A stretch of 63,836 nt of DNA, filler included, from Octopus bimaculoides (GCF_001194135.2; 4 parts of 3 records of this genome joined end to end with filler, not necessarily neighbours in it), one strand, 5' to 3'. Shown: positions 23,391 to 36,291, numbered from the whole stretch's first letter. Numbers and translations: made by a program. Notes: a model not told the origin generated them from the letters alone.

Positions 23391-23660
23391 GATCTTTTTT
23401 AAAACGGGGGCCACATTCTTCATTAATGTTTTACGTAGTGCTTTTGGTACCGAAAGACTTTCAAACTTCGTATACTTATCTATTTTGTGTTATAGAACAG
23501 AAAAATATTTTTGTATTCGAATTTATTTCATGTAAAAAATTGTCTTATTTCGATAATTTCAACCAATCACTGACGTCCATTCAGCCGATATACATTAAGT
23601 GCCGACTACATAAACAAACCATTCTTCGTTTTATTTGCTTTTTTCATTTTAAATTTGCTT

Positions 23661-23715
23661 TAACCCTAACCCTAACCCTAACTCTAACCCTAGGGTTAGG
23701 GTTAGGGTTAGGGTT
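23661..23715. repeat. Interstitial (TAACCC)n-(TAGGGT)n telomere-like palindrome running into a gap
   Basis: Five TAACCC-type units, then TTAGGG units; axis AACCCT|AGGGTT at 23691/23692. Confidence 0.9.
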
Positions 23716-24435
23716 NNNNNNNNNNNNNNNNNNNNNNNNNNNNNNNNNNNNNNNNNNNNNNNNNNNNNNNNNNNNNNNNNNNNNNNNNNNNNNNNNNNNN
23801 NNNNNNNNNNNNNNNNNNNNNNNNNNNNNNNNNNNNNNNNNNNNNNNNNNNNNNNNNNNNNNNNNNNNNNNNNNNNNNNNNNNNNNNNNNNNNNNNNNNN
23901 NNNNNNNNNNNNNNNNNNNNNNNNNNNNNNNNNNNNNNNNNNNNNNNNNNNNNNNNNNNNNNNNNNNNNNNNNNNNNNNNNNNNNNNNNNNNNNNNNNNN
24001 NNNNNNNNNNNNNNNNNNNNNNNNNNNNNNNNNNNNNNNNNNNNNNNNNNNNNNNNNNNNNNNNNNNNNNNNNNNNNNNNNNNNNNNNNNNNNNNNNNNN
24101 NNNNNNNNNNNNNNNNNNNNNNNNNNNNNNNNNNNNNNNNNNNNNNNNNNNNNNNNNNNNNNNNNNNNNNNNNNNNNNNNNNNNNNNNNNNNNNNNNNNN
24201 NNNNNNNNNNNNNNNNNNNNNNNNNNNNNNNNNNNNNNNNNNNNNNNNNNNNNNNNNNNNNNNNNNNNNNNNNNNNNNNNNNNNNNNNNNNNNNNNNNNN
24301 NNNNNNNNNNNNNNNNNNNNNNNNNNNNNNNNNNNNNNNNNNNNNNNNNNNNNNNNNNNNNAGAGAGAGAGAGAGAGAGAGAGAGAATGATTACCCAGAA
24401 TCATAATCCCTCACTATCATCTTCTCTCTCTCTAA

Positions 24436-24479
<44 letters not shown>

Positions 24480-24694
24480 ATATATAACAGTTTAGCTAGG
24501 TGTAAAATACACCTAAGGGATATTAAATATCTGAAGCTGTAATTTACGAGTTCTGTCATTTGTTTATATAAAATATTTAAATTGAATTGAATTTATAATT
24601 GTTTAATTTATTGTTTTGTTTTGCCATTTCTGATTTATATTTATATATTATCAGTCTGGGCAAAATACTCCATAAGCTCTCTGTTGGCACCCAA

Positions 24695-24935
24695 GGTTAA
24701 CTTCCTTCATTAGAGTAAATTAGGCTTACTACTGTTTCCAGTAGTCATTAAAGGTACGTTATTAACAGCTTTACTCTATTGGTTTGACGAAAGTAGCATT
24801 AATTTTCTTAGGTCGTTCAACTTTCCTCATCTGATCAATAGACTAATTGAGTAAACCTATCAGTGGCATACCTGCAATGACTACTGGAAACAGCTGTAAA
24901 CCATGTTTACTCTAATAAAGGAAAATTATGTAATG
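24695..24935. mobile_element. Inverted pair of a dispersed repeat (third copy 60425-60530)
   Basis: GAGTAAA...AATGACTACTGGAAACAG..GTAA.CC...TTTACTCTAAT on minus at 24713-24776 and on plus at 24849-24912. Confidence 0.7.
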
Positions 24936-25051
24936 AACGTTATTTATACCTTGTGTGCGTGTGTGTATAGATAGATAAATAGATAGATAGATAGATCAAT
25001 AGGAAGTAAAATAGATAGATCAATAGGCAGATAGATAGATAGATCGATAGG

Positions 25052-25111
<60 letters not shown>

Positions 25112-25716
25112 AAGATAGATAGATACATTTCTTTTATTATCCACACAGGGCTCAACGAAGATGGGACAAATACAATGTAGAGCCTTTCTTTTTGGGAGGG
25201 GAAAAAAAGGGGGGAGTTCGATCAAAAATGGATCGAGAAAATAAAAAGCGATCAATAGGGATCGTGTNNNNNNNNNNNNNNNNNNNNNNNNNNNNNNNNN
25301 NNNNNNNNNNNNNNNNNNNNNNNNNNNNNNNNNNNNNNNNNNNNNNNNNNNNNNNNNNNNNNNNNNNNNNNNNNNNNNNNNNNNNNNNNNNNNNNNNNNN
25401 NNNNNNNNNNNNNNNNNNNNNNNNNNNNNNNNNNNNNNNNNNNNNNNNNNNNNNNNNNNNNNNNNNNNNNNNNNNNNNNNNNNNNNNNNNNNNNNNNNNN
25501 NNNNNNNNNNNNNNNNNNNNNNNNNNNNNNNNNNNNNNNNNNNNNNNNNNNNNNNNNNNNNNNNNNNNNNNNNNNNNNNNNNNNNNNNNNNNNNNNNNNN
25601 NNNNNNNNNNNNNNNNNNNNNNNNNNNNNNNNNNNNNNNNNNNNNNNNNNNNNNNNNNNNNNNNNNNNNNNNNNNNNNNNNNNNNNNNNNNNNNNNNNNN
25701 NNNNNNNNNNNNNNNN

Positions 25717-25854
25717 GGTGGTTGAGGCAGCAGCAGTTGACTCAGAATCATTGCTCTTCTTCATCACTTGTCTGCGTTCATGCGGAACGGCATTAAGTGT
25801 TTTCGCCTCTGGCATTAGGAGCGGGAAATCGGCCTCGTTGAAAACCTTAGCCAT
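25717..25854 (-). CDS. Candidate first coding exon of an unidentified host gene (truncated by gap)
   Basis: ATG in A-rich context; MAKVFNEADFPLLMPEAKTLNAVPHERRQVMKKSNDSESTAAASTT; locally CpG-rich with no transposon motif recognised. No homology recognised. Confidence 0.4.
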
Positions 25855-26987
25855 ATTTGTTTTACAAAATATGGCGAGGATCGAGGAAGACGTTTTTGAA
25901 TTTTTGGAAATAAGGCTCTAAATAGAGCTATTTCCGATTTGAAAAATATATTTTCCAGGAGTATTTTGTGTTCAACACAACTTATACAATATTTTAAAAA
26001 CAAAATGGGTCTTTTAAGAAGTGAAAAATGCAACTTACATGGGAGCCGATGTATCTACCGTCCGTCCATGATGAAGATAGATAGATAGGTAGATAGATGT
26101 GCAGGTATTTCTGTAACACGTTCTGTTCAAGTACATTAACGTGATGACATGCCTTCGAGTGAAGGAAGTAAGTGGAAGAAAAAGAAAGAAACCTGTATTT
26201 TATAGACTCAGCAAATTACGTTCTTGCAAAAGACATACATTTAAGGAAATTCAACAATAGCTCTGATAGTTTCCGGTATTTAACAAACGCACAAAATCAC
26301 ATTACATACATACACATATATATATATATATATATATATGTATACACCAGAATCAATAGGTATTTGTTAGAAAATATTCAGTGTAAAAATACAAACGATT
26401 CTATAGAAAAGAAAATCTGCTTTCAGTTAGAGGAAGAAAAGAATAACGATTATTCATCAGCGGGCAATAGGCCAAATTTTATAAGAGTAATTATGTCGAC
26501 CTTTGAGTCATACGAATACATTGCTAGTACGTACATTATCAAACCTAGAGGACTGAGAGACAAAGTTGACCTTGGCACTGATTTAATGTAGGACATCTCA
26601 GAAACGAAAATAGATACAAGGAAGCACCGAGTTTACCTCTCAGTTGTTTTAAAAAATAAGAGAAAAGTAGTCGATATCGTAATAATCAGAACAAGAAGAA
26701 CAATGGTGATAACAGTATTTTTAAGTCGCCGCGGAGCCATTCAAAATCTATCATAATATTCCTAAGAAAAACAATGCAACACGATATAGTTCAATATACT
26801 ACAAAGTAAAATCGATAAGCAAAGATAGAAGCTAATTGTTGCAAATACATATACTCTCAAATACAAACACAAATACATACATACATACACACATGCATAT
26901 ATATATATATATATAGAAATATATATATATATATATATATATANNNNNNNNNNNNNNNNNNNNNNNNNNNNNNNNNNNNNNNNNNNN

Positions 26988-26999
26988 TTAATTAATTAA
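26988..26999. other. Artificial scaffold linker TTAATTAATTAA in 44 N + 12 + 44 N
   Basis: Identical 100-bp construct at 26944-27043, 58049-58148 and 62298-62397; stops in all six frames. Confidence 0.95.
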
Positions 27000-27043
27000 N
27001 NNNNNNNNNNNNNNNNNNNNNNNNNNNNNNNNNNNNNNNNNNN

Positions 27044-27079
<36 letters not shown>

Positions 27080-27644
27080 ATATTTATACATATGTGTGAG
27101 TATGTGAGTGTGTGTGTGTCCGTGTGTGTGTGTATGTGTGTGTGTGTGTGTTTAAAATACTAAGTAATGGTGCAGGTGAGAAAATAGGTAAAATATATAA
27201 ATATGTATTACTTTATAAAGATTGCTTAATAATCCTATATTTCGCGAAAGATTTACCTTTTTCAAATATAATCAAATATTTAGAGAATATAATCAAATGT
27301 TCAGAGAAATGTGCCGTTACCGGCAGACCGCCTAGAATTCTCGTCACTAGAAAAACGACTCATTTCTCCGAACTTTTTGCTAATTTTTTTCTTCGATTTG
27401 AAAGGGGCGAACTTTCCCGAAATATTATAAGATCATCAAAAGACTTACGTAAAGTCATACAATATTTTTCCCTTTGTTTTCGTTCATTTACAACATCTTA
27501 CTGATTTAGCCTATATTGGTCAAATGTTTTTCAAACATTTATATTATTTACACACATTGTAACACACTTTCATATATTTTTGTGCGTGTGTCCATGTATA
27601 TGTGTGCGTGTGTGTGTGTATGTGTGTATGCATACATACACCTA

Positions 27645-27718
<74 letters not shown>

Positions 27719-27819
27719 AATCATTTGCACCCAAAGCATATATGTATATATGTATGTCTGTATATGTACAAAAACGTTTATATGTGTGTTAAATCATATT
27801 TTTATATATACATATATAT

Positions 27820-27881
27820 GTAAGTGTAGGGTGGAGCGTAAGTGTAGGGTGGAGCGTAAGTGTAGGGTGGAGCGTAAGTGT
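27820..27881. repeat. 18-bp minisatellite GTAAGTGTAGGGTGGAGC, 3.4 copies
   Basis: Exact tandem copies. Confidence 0.95.
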
Positions 27882-29245
27882 GTGAAAAAGTGTGACTAAG
27901 AAATATAAAAAGACGAATCTAGCGTGAACTGCTAAACTATACAGGAAAGAATGAAAACAGAAAATTCTTGCGGGGAAGAGGAAAAGACAAGCGATGATAA
28001 TAGACATTACTTATAGATGATAAATTAAGTAGAAACAAAGTTAATACGCATATCTAAAAAATACACTAAGAAATATGAGTATTAGTATTAAAATAAATGC
28101 CAATTTACACTAACACACACATATACTCCTAAGATTTATTCGTATTTTTTGAATGAAGAAGATAAATTTTGTACAAATACTTGTATTTATATGCAAATTG
28201 GTTTTTGTTATGTGATGTTGACGACGCTGGGTGAGGAAAATTTTTGTTCTAATAGCTGTTGATCCCACTCGGCTATTTGAATAAAATGTCTTTTCTATTT
28301 CTGTAGAAAATACGAAAGAGTATCAGAAATAAACATGTCTGCTGTAAATTGATATTTATGCCCGATACACGAATGCTATAATAATGCTATATAATACACA
28401 TGTATATCAGATAACATTATTATATATAGCATTCGTATATCGAGTATGTTGTTACCATGATATAATGATATATTAAGAAATATATTTGAGAAATAACTAC
28501 ATTAATCTCCTAGCTTTTATTAGCGGGGCCCTCTTCTGCGTACATAAGTAAAAATGTGTGTATAACAGATTTCATGTTTGTTATCCGGAAAATTCAACCG
28601 CCAAGTAAGACCTTAGCTCGATAATTTTTTACTTTAGAACGTCTCATACGGTTGAATTAGTAGATGTTTGTGATGTTGAAATTACACTGATTAGAGAAGT
28701 TTTGCATGTCCAGATCGGATATGTCTCTTCTCTAAATACATAGTATACAAAGCGACATTTTTTATACAATTATAGCTCACATTATCGATAATCATTATTA
28801 GGATATAGAATATACGTATTATATTTGGTTTCCTGTGCGATTTATACAACTGATACTGAATAGATACTGAATAAATGTAAACAACACGTAGTTTTGGGCA
28901 CTTGAATGGATGGTAATATTGTGTATTCTGAGCATTGCATTTAATAAATGAATGTGTGACATATTTTCGAACGATTTTCTTGGAAGTGTGACCAATGTAG
29001 TGAGAAAGTGTGACATTTCTCCATGTAGAAATGATTAAACGTATTTCCTTTCGTTTGCGAATATTTCTGCTCATATATTGTCACGTTGTTTTCATACTTT
29101 CATCGCTAGAACAATTGAAAACGTGAAGTCGAAATTCAAAAAGATTAAGTTATTTTTCTACCCTACCTCATAGCATTGAGTGATTTCACTTAATTTTGTT
29201 TGACGAGTGTGATTCTACCAATCTATAACATGTGTGTATATACTT

Positions 29246-29349
<104 letters not shown>

Positions 29350-30030
29350 CGTGACTGTTCGTTTTTGAAAAATTATATTTCTAATTTCCTGTATATCCAT
29401 ATTACTTGTTTCGTTGTTATTGACAACTTGTTTGCTATATCTTATCCATTGTATGGACTGTTCAAGATCACATGACTCTATAATCATGATGGCAGCCATA
29501 CAATGACAACTTTTGTATATAATAGATTTATATGATGTTTATTATCCTTACTTCCAGTGGTTATTATAAGGAGCTTCATGATTAATAGAAACGTGTTAAT
29601 GCATTTTCAATGTGTTTGTTATTTGTGTTGAGGATTCTGCCAGATGTCAACTCTCCGATGATTCAAGCCAAGATTTTGTAATCATTTATAGATTTAAGTC
29701 AGCGTATCTAGTATACCAGATAAACTCGTCCCATAGGAGTGAATTATCTGTTAGCATATTCAACTATTTTCGATCATCTTGTGTGTAATATCAAAGTTGA
29801 AATCTTAAGACCGAGTGGCATGAAAATCAAGGCTATCAAAAGAAGATAAAACACTGAACCATTAAACTGTACCAGAAACCATTTCCTTCGTAATATATCA
29901 ATGAAAAGTTTGAATCTTTATAGCTTACAGTTCCATAATTCTTTCTCTCGTCCGCTGTCTTTCTTTTCACACAATCTAACATACTATCACTTACATACAA
30001 AAATTTATCCATCACACTTTCTCTTTACTT

Positions 30031-30069
<39 letters not shown>

Positions 30070-30070
30070 C

Positions 30071-30122
<52 letters not shown>

Positions 30123-30827
30123 CTCTATCTATCTATCTATTTATCTCTCGCTCTCTCTCTCTCTCTCTCTCACTCTCTCTCACTATAAATATGCATGTGC
30201 GTGTGCATACGCACGTGTGTATGTATGTAGAAATTTTTAACCATAAAGAACACGCAAAAACTGTTATATGCACTTTACGTTTATTTATTATTAGTACAGA
30301 TTCTTATGAAATGTCAAAAAGTTTCGTTGTATTTTTGCAACGTGGGCCCTGGTGCAATTCTACTGCATGGCTAAAATGACACCGCGACAATTTAATTGTT
30401 CGATTTTCAAGAAATGCAGATTAAGATTAAACTACTTACCCGATAATTTTGATTCCGAACATGTATAATGTATGCATGCGTATACATACAAACATACATA
30501 CATGCATGCATGCATACATACATACATACATACATACATACATACATACATACATACATACATACATACATGCGCGCACACGTACCCATATACATATACA
30601 CACACAAAAATATGTATATGTACGTTTTTGTGTATGTACATGTTTGTAAATGTATATATTTGTATGTTTTTATTTATATGTATGCATATGTAAGTTTGGA
30701 TGCATGACTTGTACCTATGCATATTTATGTATATATTATCGATAAAACTTCAATTTTACAAGTGTAATGGTCAGTTCTTAGCCCTCAGCTAAAACATATT
30801 AGAAGCTACATCAGAGATGATTTAGAC

Positions 30828-32246
30828 ATGCTGAACCATCTCTCAGAACAAGTCGGGGAAGAATCCCTCATGGTGTCCTTCGATGTTATAAACCTATACT
30901 CCAACATTCCACATGATTATGAAATGGAAGCGATTCGATTCTGGCTAGAACTACCTCCAGAGGAAATACCAGAACGAATAAACAAAACCTTCATCATTGA
31001 ATCAATTAAATTCATTCTCCAGAATAATCATTTCATTTTTGACACCAACTGCTACCGCCATATATCGGGAATTGCAATAGTCACGAGAGCAGCACCTACC
31101 ATTTCCAACCTCACAATGGGATTCTTAGAGAAAAAAATATATCAGAATTCACTGCGAAAATTTGGAGATCATCTCGCCCAATACATTAAAGAAAATTGGA
31201 AGAGATACCTGGATGACTGTTTCATACTCTGGAATAACAACTTAAAGAAACTCCTAGAATTTAAAACACTTCTGAACAGCATCCACACAAGCATTCAATT
31301 CACAATGAAATACAACCAGGAGGCACTTCCATTCCTAGACATTCTAATAAAAAAAAAAACAGACAACAACAAAATCGAAACAGACATATTTTATAAAACA
31401 ACAGATGCAAAACAATACCTTCTCTTTAGCTCTTGCCATCCTAGACACACAAAAACAAACACCCCCTTAAACCTTACAAGAAGAATCTGCACTATTGTCT
31501 CAGAGAAAAAAACTAGAGATTTAAGACTACAAGAACTGAAAAACGTCCTCTTGGATAGACACTACCCAATCCAACTCATTAATGAAGGAATAAAACTTGC
31601 CAAATCTATCAACACCGAGACATTAAGAAAAACCAAAGACATTAACAAGCCTCTCCTTAAAACATTACACTACATTTCCACATACAACCCCAGAAACAAA
31701 GAAGCATTCAACACAATCATACAAAACCTACCAATAAAACACAAGGACCTAAAACTAAAAAGAATTTTACGTGACATTGAAATTGTCAAAAGCAACAAAC
31801 AACCTAAGTCATTAAAGAAACTGCTAACTAATGCAAAATTATTCCCCTCCACAACAAGCCCCAAAGTAAAAAAATGTAATCGCCCCAACTGTAGCACATG
31901 CCCCAACCTTTTGGAAGAGTCAGAATACTATTTTAAACAAAGGCAACACTTTACAATTAAATCAAATTTCACTCGTGCATCCAAAAATCTGATCTACATA
32001 ATTAGATGCTCGGGCTGCCAGAAAGACTATATCGGTAGCACGGGGAATTCTATCCGTCAACGTTGTACGGTGCATTGTCAACAGATAGCCTCACCACAAT
32101 ACCGCCAAATTTATCTCAGTGAACATATCGATGTATGTACGAAACAAATGCAACCTAAATTCACTATTTTCCCTCTATATAAATTTACTGACTGGACTTC
32201 TACACCAGCCCGACTCAATAAAGAGACCTATTTCATCCAAAAATAA
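30828..32246 (+). CDS. Penelope-like reverse transcriptase/GIY-YIG endonuclease, C-terminal 472 aa
   Basis: SFDVINLYSNIPH, APTISNLTMG, WKRYLDDCF, LPFLDILI, YLLFSSCHP, CNRPNCSTC linker, NLIYIIRCSGCQKDYIGST. Uninterrupted but starts mid-RT, so the ATG is probably internal. Confidence 0.92.
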   Translation: MLNHLSEQVGEESLMVSFDVINLYSNIPHDYEMEAIRFWLELPPEEIPERINKTFIIESIKFILQNNHFIFDTNCYRHISGIAIVTRAAPTISNLTMGFLEKKIYQNSLRKFGDHLAQYIKENWKRYLDDCFILWNNNLKKLLEFKTLLNSIHTSIQFTMKYNQEALPFLDILIKKKTDNNKIETDIFYKTTDAKQYLLFSSCHPRHTKTNTPLNLTRRICTIVSEKKTRDLRLQELKNVLLDRHYPIQLINEGIKLAKSINTETLRKTKDINKPLLKTLHYISTYNPRNKEAFNTIIQNLPIKHKDLKLKRILRDIEIVKSNKQPKSLKKLLTNAKLFPSTTSPKVKKCNRPNCSTCPNLLEESEYYFKQRQHFTIKSNFTRASKNLIYIIRCSGCQKDYIGSTGNSIRQRCTVHCQQIASPQYRQIYLSEHIDVCTKQMQPKFTIFPLYKFTDWTSTPARLNKETYFIQK

Positions 32247-32518
32247 AAAACCTGAACTAAACACCATTTCATTTTAATTGTATTACTAATTGTCACTTAA
32301 TTACTTGACTTCTGGACACCCATTCATATTCAAACCTGAGTCATGAGAGGTCCGACATGACACTTATGGAGAAAATATTCATATCTTGGCAATTGCTTTA
32401 TCGTTCACTTTCTATTGGACTGATTTATTTTATTCAATTATGGAATTTCAACATATACAAAAAAGTTATATATGTATGCCAACTACAATTTTTAAGTATA
32501 AATTACTGTTCATACTTA

Positions 32519-32562
<44 letters not shown>

Positions 32563-32586
32563 ACAAGAGAGAAAATNNNNNNNNNN

Positions 32587-32625
<39 letters not shown>

Positions 32626-32849
32626 ACAAGAGAGAAAATGAGATGTTAGAGCATAAAATATGTGCATATAAACTCATTCACACATTACTGCTTAATCTTT
32701 AAAACCTAGCACGGTAATATAATTAACTGTGTATAAAATGAAATGACTCTTGTAACTGTATGCTTGCCAAAAACACTGAAGAGCTCCCCTTGACATATTG
32801 CTTCATCTCTGTTCACTTTTTTTCAAAGATAGCAAAAAGTTTTCTCTAT

Positions 32850-32888
32850 ATAACCTGACAATCGTTTGATCGTGAAACCGGTACTTAT
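32850..32888 (+). ncRNA. Decayed minimal hammerhead in the Penelope 3' region
   Basis: ATAAC-CTGACAA-TCG-TTTGAT-CGT-GAAAC-CG-GTA-CTTAT; G8 is A, palindromic ACCGGT, stem I with one C:C mismatch. Confidence 0.55.
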
Positions 32889-33992
32889 TTAATTTGTAAT
32901 GATGTAATGATGTAATATGATCCTAATATCACTATAAATTTTATTATACAAACTTTCTATGACTCTTACACTTCTTTTCTTTCTTATACATNNNNNNNNN
33001 NNNNNNNNNNNNNNNNNNNNNNNNNNNNNNNNNNNNNNNNNNNNNNNNNNNNNNNNNNNNNNNNNNNNNNNNNNNNNNNNNNNNNNNNNNNNNNNNNNNN
33101 NNNNNNNNNNNNNNNNNNNNNNNNNNNNNNNNNNNNNNNNNNNNNNNNNNNNNNNNNNNNNNNNNNNNNNNNNNNNNNNNNNNNNNNNNNNNNNNNNNNN
33201 NNNNNNNNNNNNNNNNNNNNNNNNNNNNNNNNNNNNNNNNNNNNNNNNNNNNNNNNNNNNNNNNNNNNNNNNNNNNNNNNNNNNNNNNNNNNNNNNNNNN
33301 NNNNNNNNNNNNNNNNNNNNNNNNNNNNNNNNNNNNNNNNNNNNNNNNNNNNNNNNNNNNNNNNNNNNNNNNNNNNNNNNNNNNNNNNNNNNNNNNNNNN
33401 NNNNNNNNNNNNNNNNNNNNNNNNNNNNNNNNNNNNNNNNNNNNNNNNNNNNNNNNNNNNNNNNNNNNNNNNNNNNNNNNNNNNNNNNNNNNNNNNNNNN
33501 NNNNNNNNNNNNNNNNNNNNNNNNNNNNNNNNNNNNNNNNNNNNNNNNNNNNNNNNNNNNNNNNNNNNNNNNNNNNNNNNNNNNNNNNNNNNNNNNNNNN
33601 NNNNNNNNNNNNNNNNNNNNNNNNNNNNNNNNNNNNNNNNNNNNNNNNNNNNNNNNNNNNNNNNNNNNNNNNNNNNNNNNNNNNNNNNNNNNNNNNNNNN
33701 NNNNNNNNNNNNNNNNNNNNNNNNNNNNNNNNNNNNNNNNNNNNNNNNNNNNNNNNNNNNNNNNNNNNNNNNNNNNNNNNNNNNNNNNNNNNNNNNNNNN
33801 NNNNNNNNNNNNNNNNNNNNNNNNNNNNNNNNNNNNNNNNNNNNNNNNNNNNNNNNNNNNNNNNNNNNNNNNNACGAATATGCTAATCTCGACCCAAATT
33901 TGTTATCCCATATATATAAATTGATATATGTAAACAAATACATACATACGCATACATATACATACATATATATAGACAGACAGACAGACAGT

Positions 33993-34075
<83 letters not shown>

Positions 34076-34222
34076 ACATATTTTTAGTGAGCTGGTTTGT
34101 CTTTCTAAGGCTAATGTTTTTCTTTATTTCTCTGCATCCTCTCATCCGCTTTTCTCTTGCAACCCCCAGCATTTTCTCATCTCCCTCTGTCTCCCTTTCT
34201 CCCACCCTTACATTTCCTCTTT

Positions 34223-34292
<70 letters not shown>

Positions 34293-35529
34293 ATTTATCT
34301 ATCTATCTATCTACCTATTTTTCTTTCCTTCTTTCTTTCCCTACTTCATCTTCCGTTTTCCTCTCTGCCCCAAGGAAATTTTCATCAGTTGGCATGAAGT
34401 TACAAGTAACCGGTCTTACTAAGAATAAATAAGTGGTCAGAGCTTGTTGGTCAACTCACTAATCAATACAGTCATTAATCAACAGGTTGTTTCAACTGTC
34501 TTATTAACACATGTCAAAGTTTTCCGTCAACAATGGCTGCACATGGTTGTTTTCAGAGACAAATGAGAAAATTAAATCTACGCTTGTGCACCCAAGGAAA
34601 TTACCTTCACAATAAGGCTGAAGGGAGAAATAATTGCTACATTATACGTACCTTGACGTTGTTGGCTTAGGACAGATTTTGATGGAATGCACACGCCTGT
34701 GTTAGTCAGCGTGTACGTATGGATATATATTTGCATTTAAGGTCTAGTATGACTGAGTGTTGGTCAACATAGTAGCAACCCTGTTTTGATTTTGTATTAT
34801 CTCATATTGTTTGTTCAAAATAATTTCCATTATTTTATTTAATGTGGTTTTTCTGAATAGATAAATGGGTTGAGGTGACTTTTCTGTGGTTGCAATCGAA
34901 CAACGAAGTTAATCAAACGCACTAGAAAGAAACTTATCAAGATTTTTACCTGTATGTATTCAGAGTTCAAATACCTCCGATATCAATTTTGCTTTTTTCC
35001 TACCAGAATAAGGATGGTCCTAATGTTTCCTTAAGCAAATAGTATTTTGCCTACGTTAGAAATCGCTAATAATTCATATATGAGGTGGGTTGGCAGAGTT
35101 AGTAGAATAAAACAAAAGATTTTGCAGATTTAATTTTGTTGCTTTACGTCATGAGTTCAAATTTCACCGATGTCGACTTTTACTTTCATCCTTCTAGGGG
35201 CTATGAAATAGGCAAAACACGTATTTCATTTAATCCACTGAATTCATTCTTCAAAAGAATTCTTGTTTTGCGCCTGTTACATATATATATATATATATAT
35301 GTCCGGCTACTTATCTTTCTTTCGTTTTTTCGCTTTCGCGAAGCTGGCACGAACATTCTTCGTCTGCCTTCCAGTTCGTTGCTTTACAGCGTTCAGCATA
35401 CACATATTTTTTTCACGTCTGGCCGTATAGTCTTCTCGTTTGTTCTCACTGTTTCGTTTTCCTCTTTTGTTTTCTCTCCGCCACTACATTCCTCCACGTT
35501 ACAAATTTAATTTGAATTAAATTTAATTT

Positions 35530-35790
35530 AAATTTAATTTGTGATCCGTGAGAAGAGCCATTTTAACGATGCGTCCTGCCATAACTCTTCGAAACGCCAG
35601 TGTTGAATGGTGGCAGCTGAAAGAAATGTTCTTTATGTGGCCTGTGTGTTTTCTGTACTTGTTTACCATTTTGTCTACGTTTTGTTTGCAATGTCCTGTA
35701 CCCAGATATGCATCTATATATACAGGTAGATGTAAGTATGTACATACATGTACGTATGTATGCATATACTCATTTATTATTTGTGTTATA
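35530..35790 (+). mobile_element. Copy of the (TA)n-terminated dispersed repeat
   Basis: Aligns with 5614-5800 and the reverse complement of 3455-3770. Confidence 0.7.
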
Positions 35791-36255
35791 TTATATATAT
35801 ATATATATNNNNNNNNNNNNNNNNNNNNNNNNNNNNNNNNNNNNNNNNNNNNNNNNNNNNNNNNNNNNNNNNNNNNNNNNNNNNNNNNNNNNNNNNNNNN
35901 NNNNNNNNNNNNNNNNNNNNNNNNNNNNNNNNNNNNNNNNNNNNNNNNNNNNNNNNNNNNNNNNNNNNNNNNNNNNNNNNNNNNNNNNNNNNNNNNNNNN
36001 NNNNNNNNNNNNNNNNNNNNNNNNNNNNNNNNNNNNNNNNNNNNNNNNNNNNNNNNNNNNNNNNNNNNNNNNNNNNNNNNNNNNNNNNNNNNNNNNNNNN
36101 NNNNNNNNNNNNNNNNNNNNNNNNNNNNNNNNNNNNNNNNNNNNNNNNNNNNNNNNNNNNNNNNNNNNNNNNNNNNNNNNNNNNNNNNNNNNAGGAGGGG
36201 TAGAGAGGGGAGGAGGGGTAGAGAGGGGAGGAGGGTAGAGGGACACACACAGAGT

Positions 36256-36291
<36 letters not shown>

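Larger units (their letters stand above)
30775..32950 (+). mobile_element. 5'-truncated Penelope-like element (RT + GIY-YIG) with 3' pLTR-like region
   Basis: Long open frame plus AT-rich 3' region containing a decayed hammerhead. Confidence 0.9.

Noticed and set aside
23661-23715. Relic of a telomere-to-telomere chromosome fusion
   Set aside because: Repeat polarity is opposite to that produced by end-to-end fusion.
27820-27881. CRISPR-like array
   Set aside because: Contiguous tandem repeat with no spacers, in a eukaryotic context.
28569-28604. 36-nt exon candidate with GTAAGA donor
   Set aside because: No polypyrimidine tract, and the next AG is only 33 nt away.
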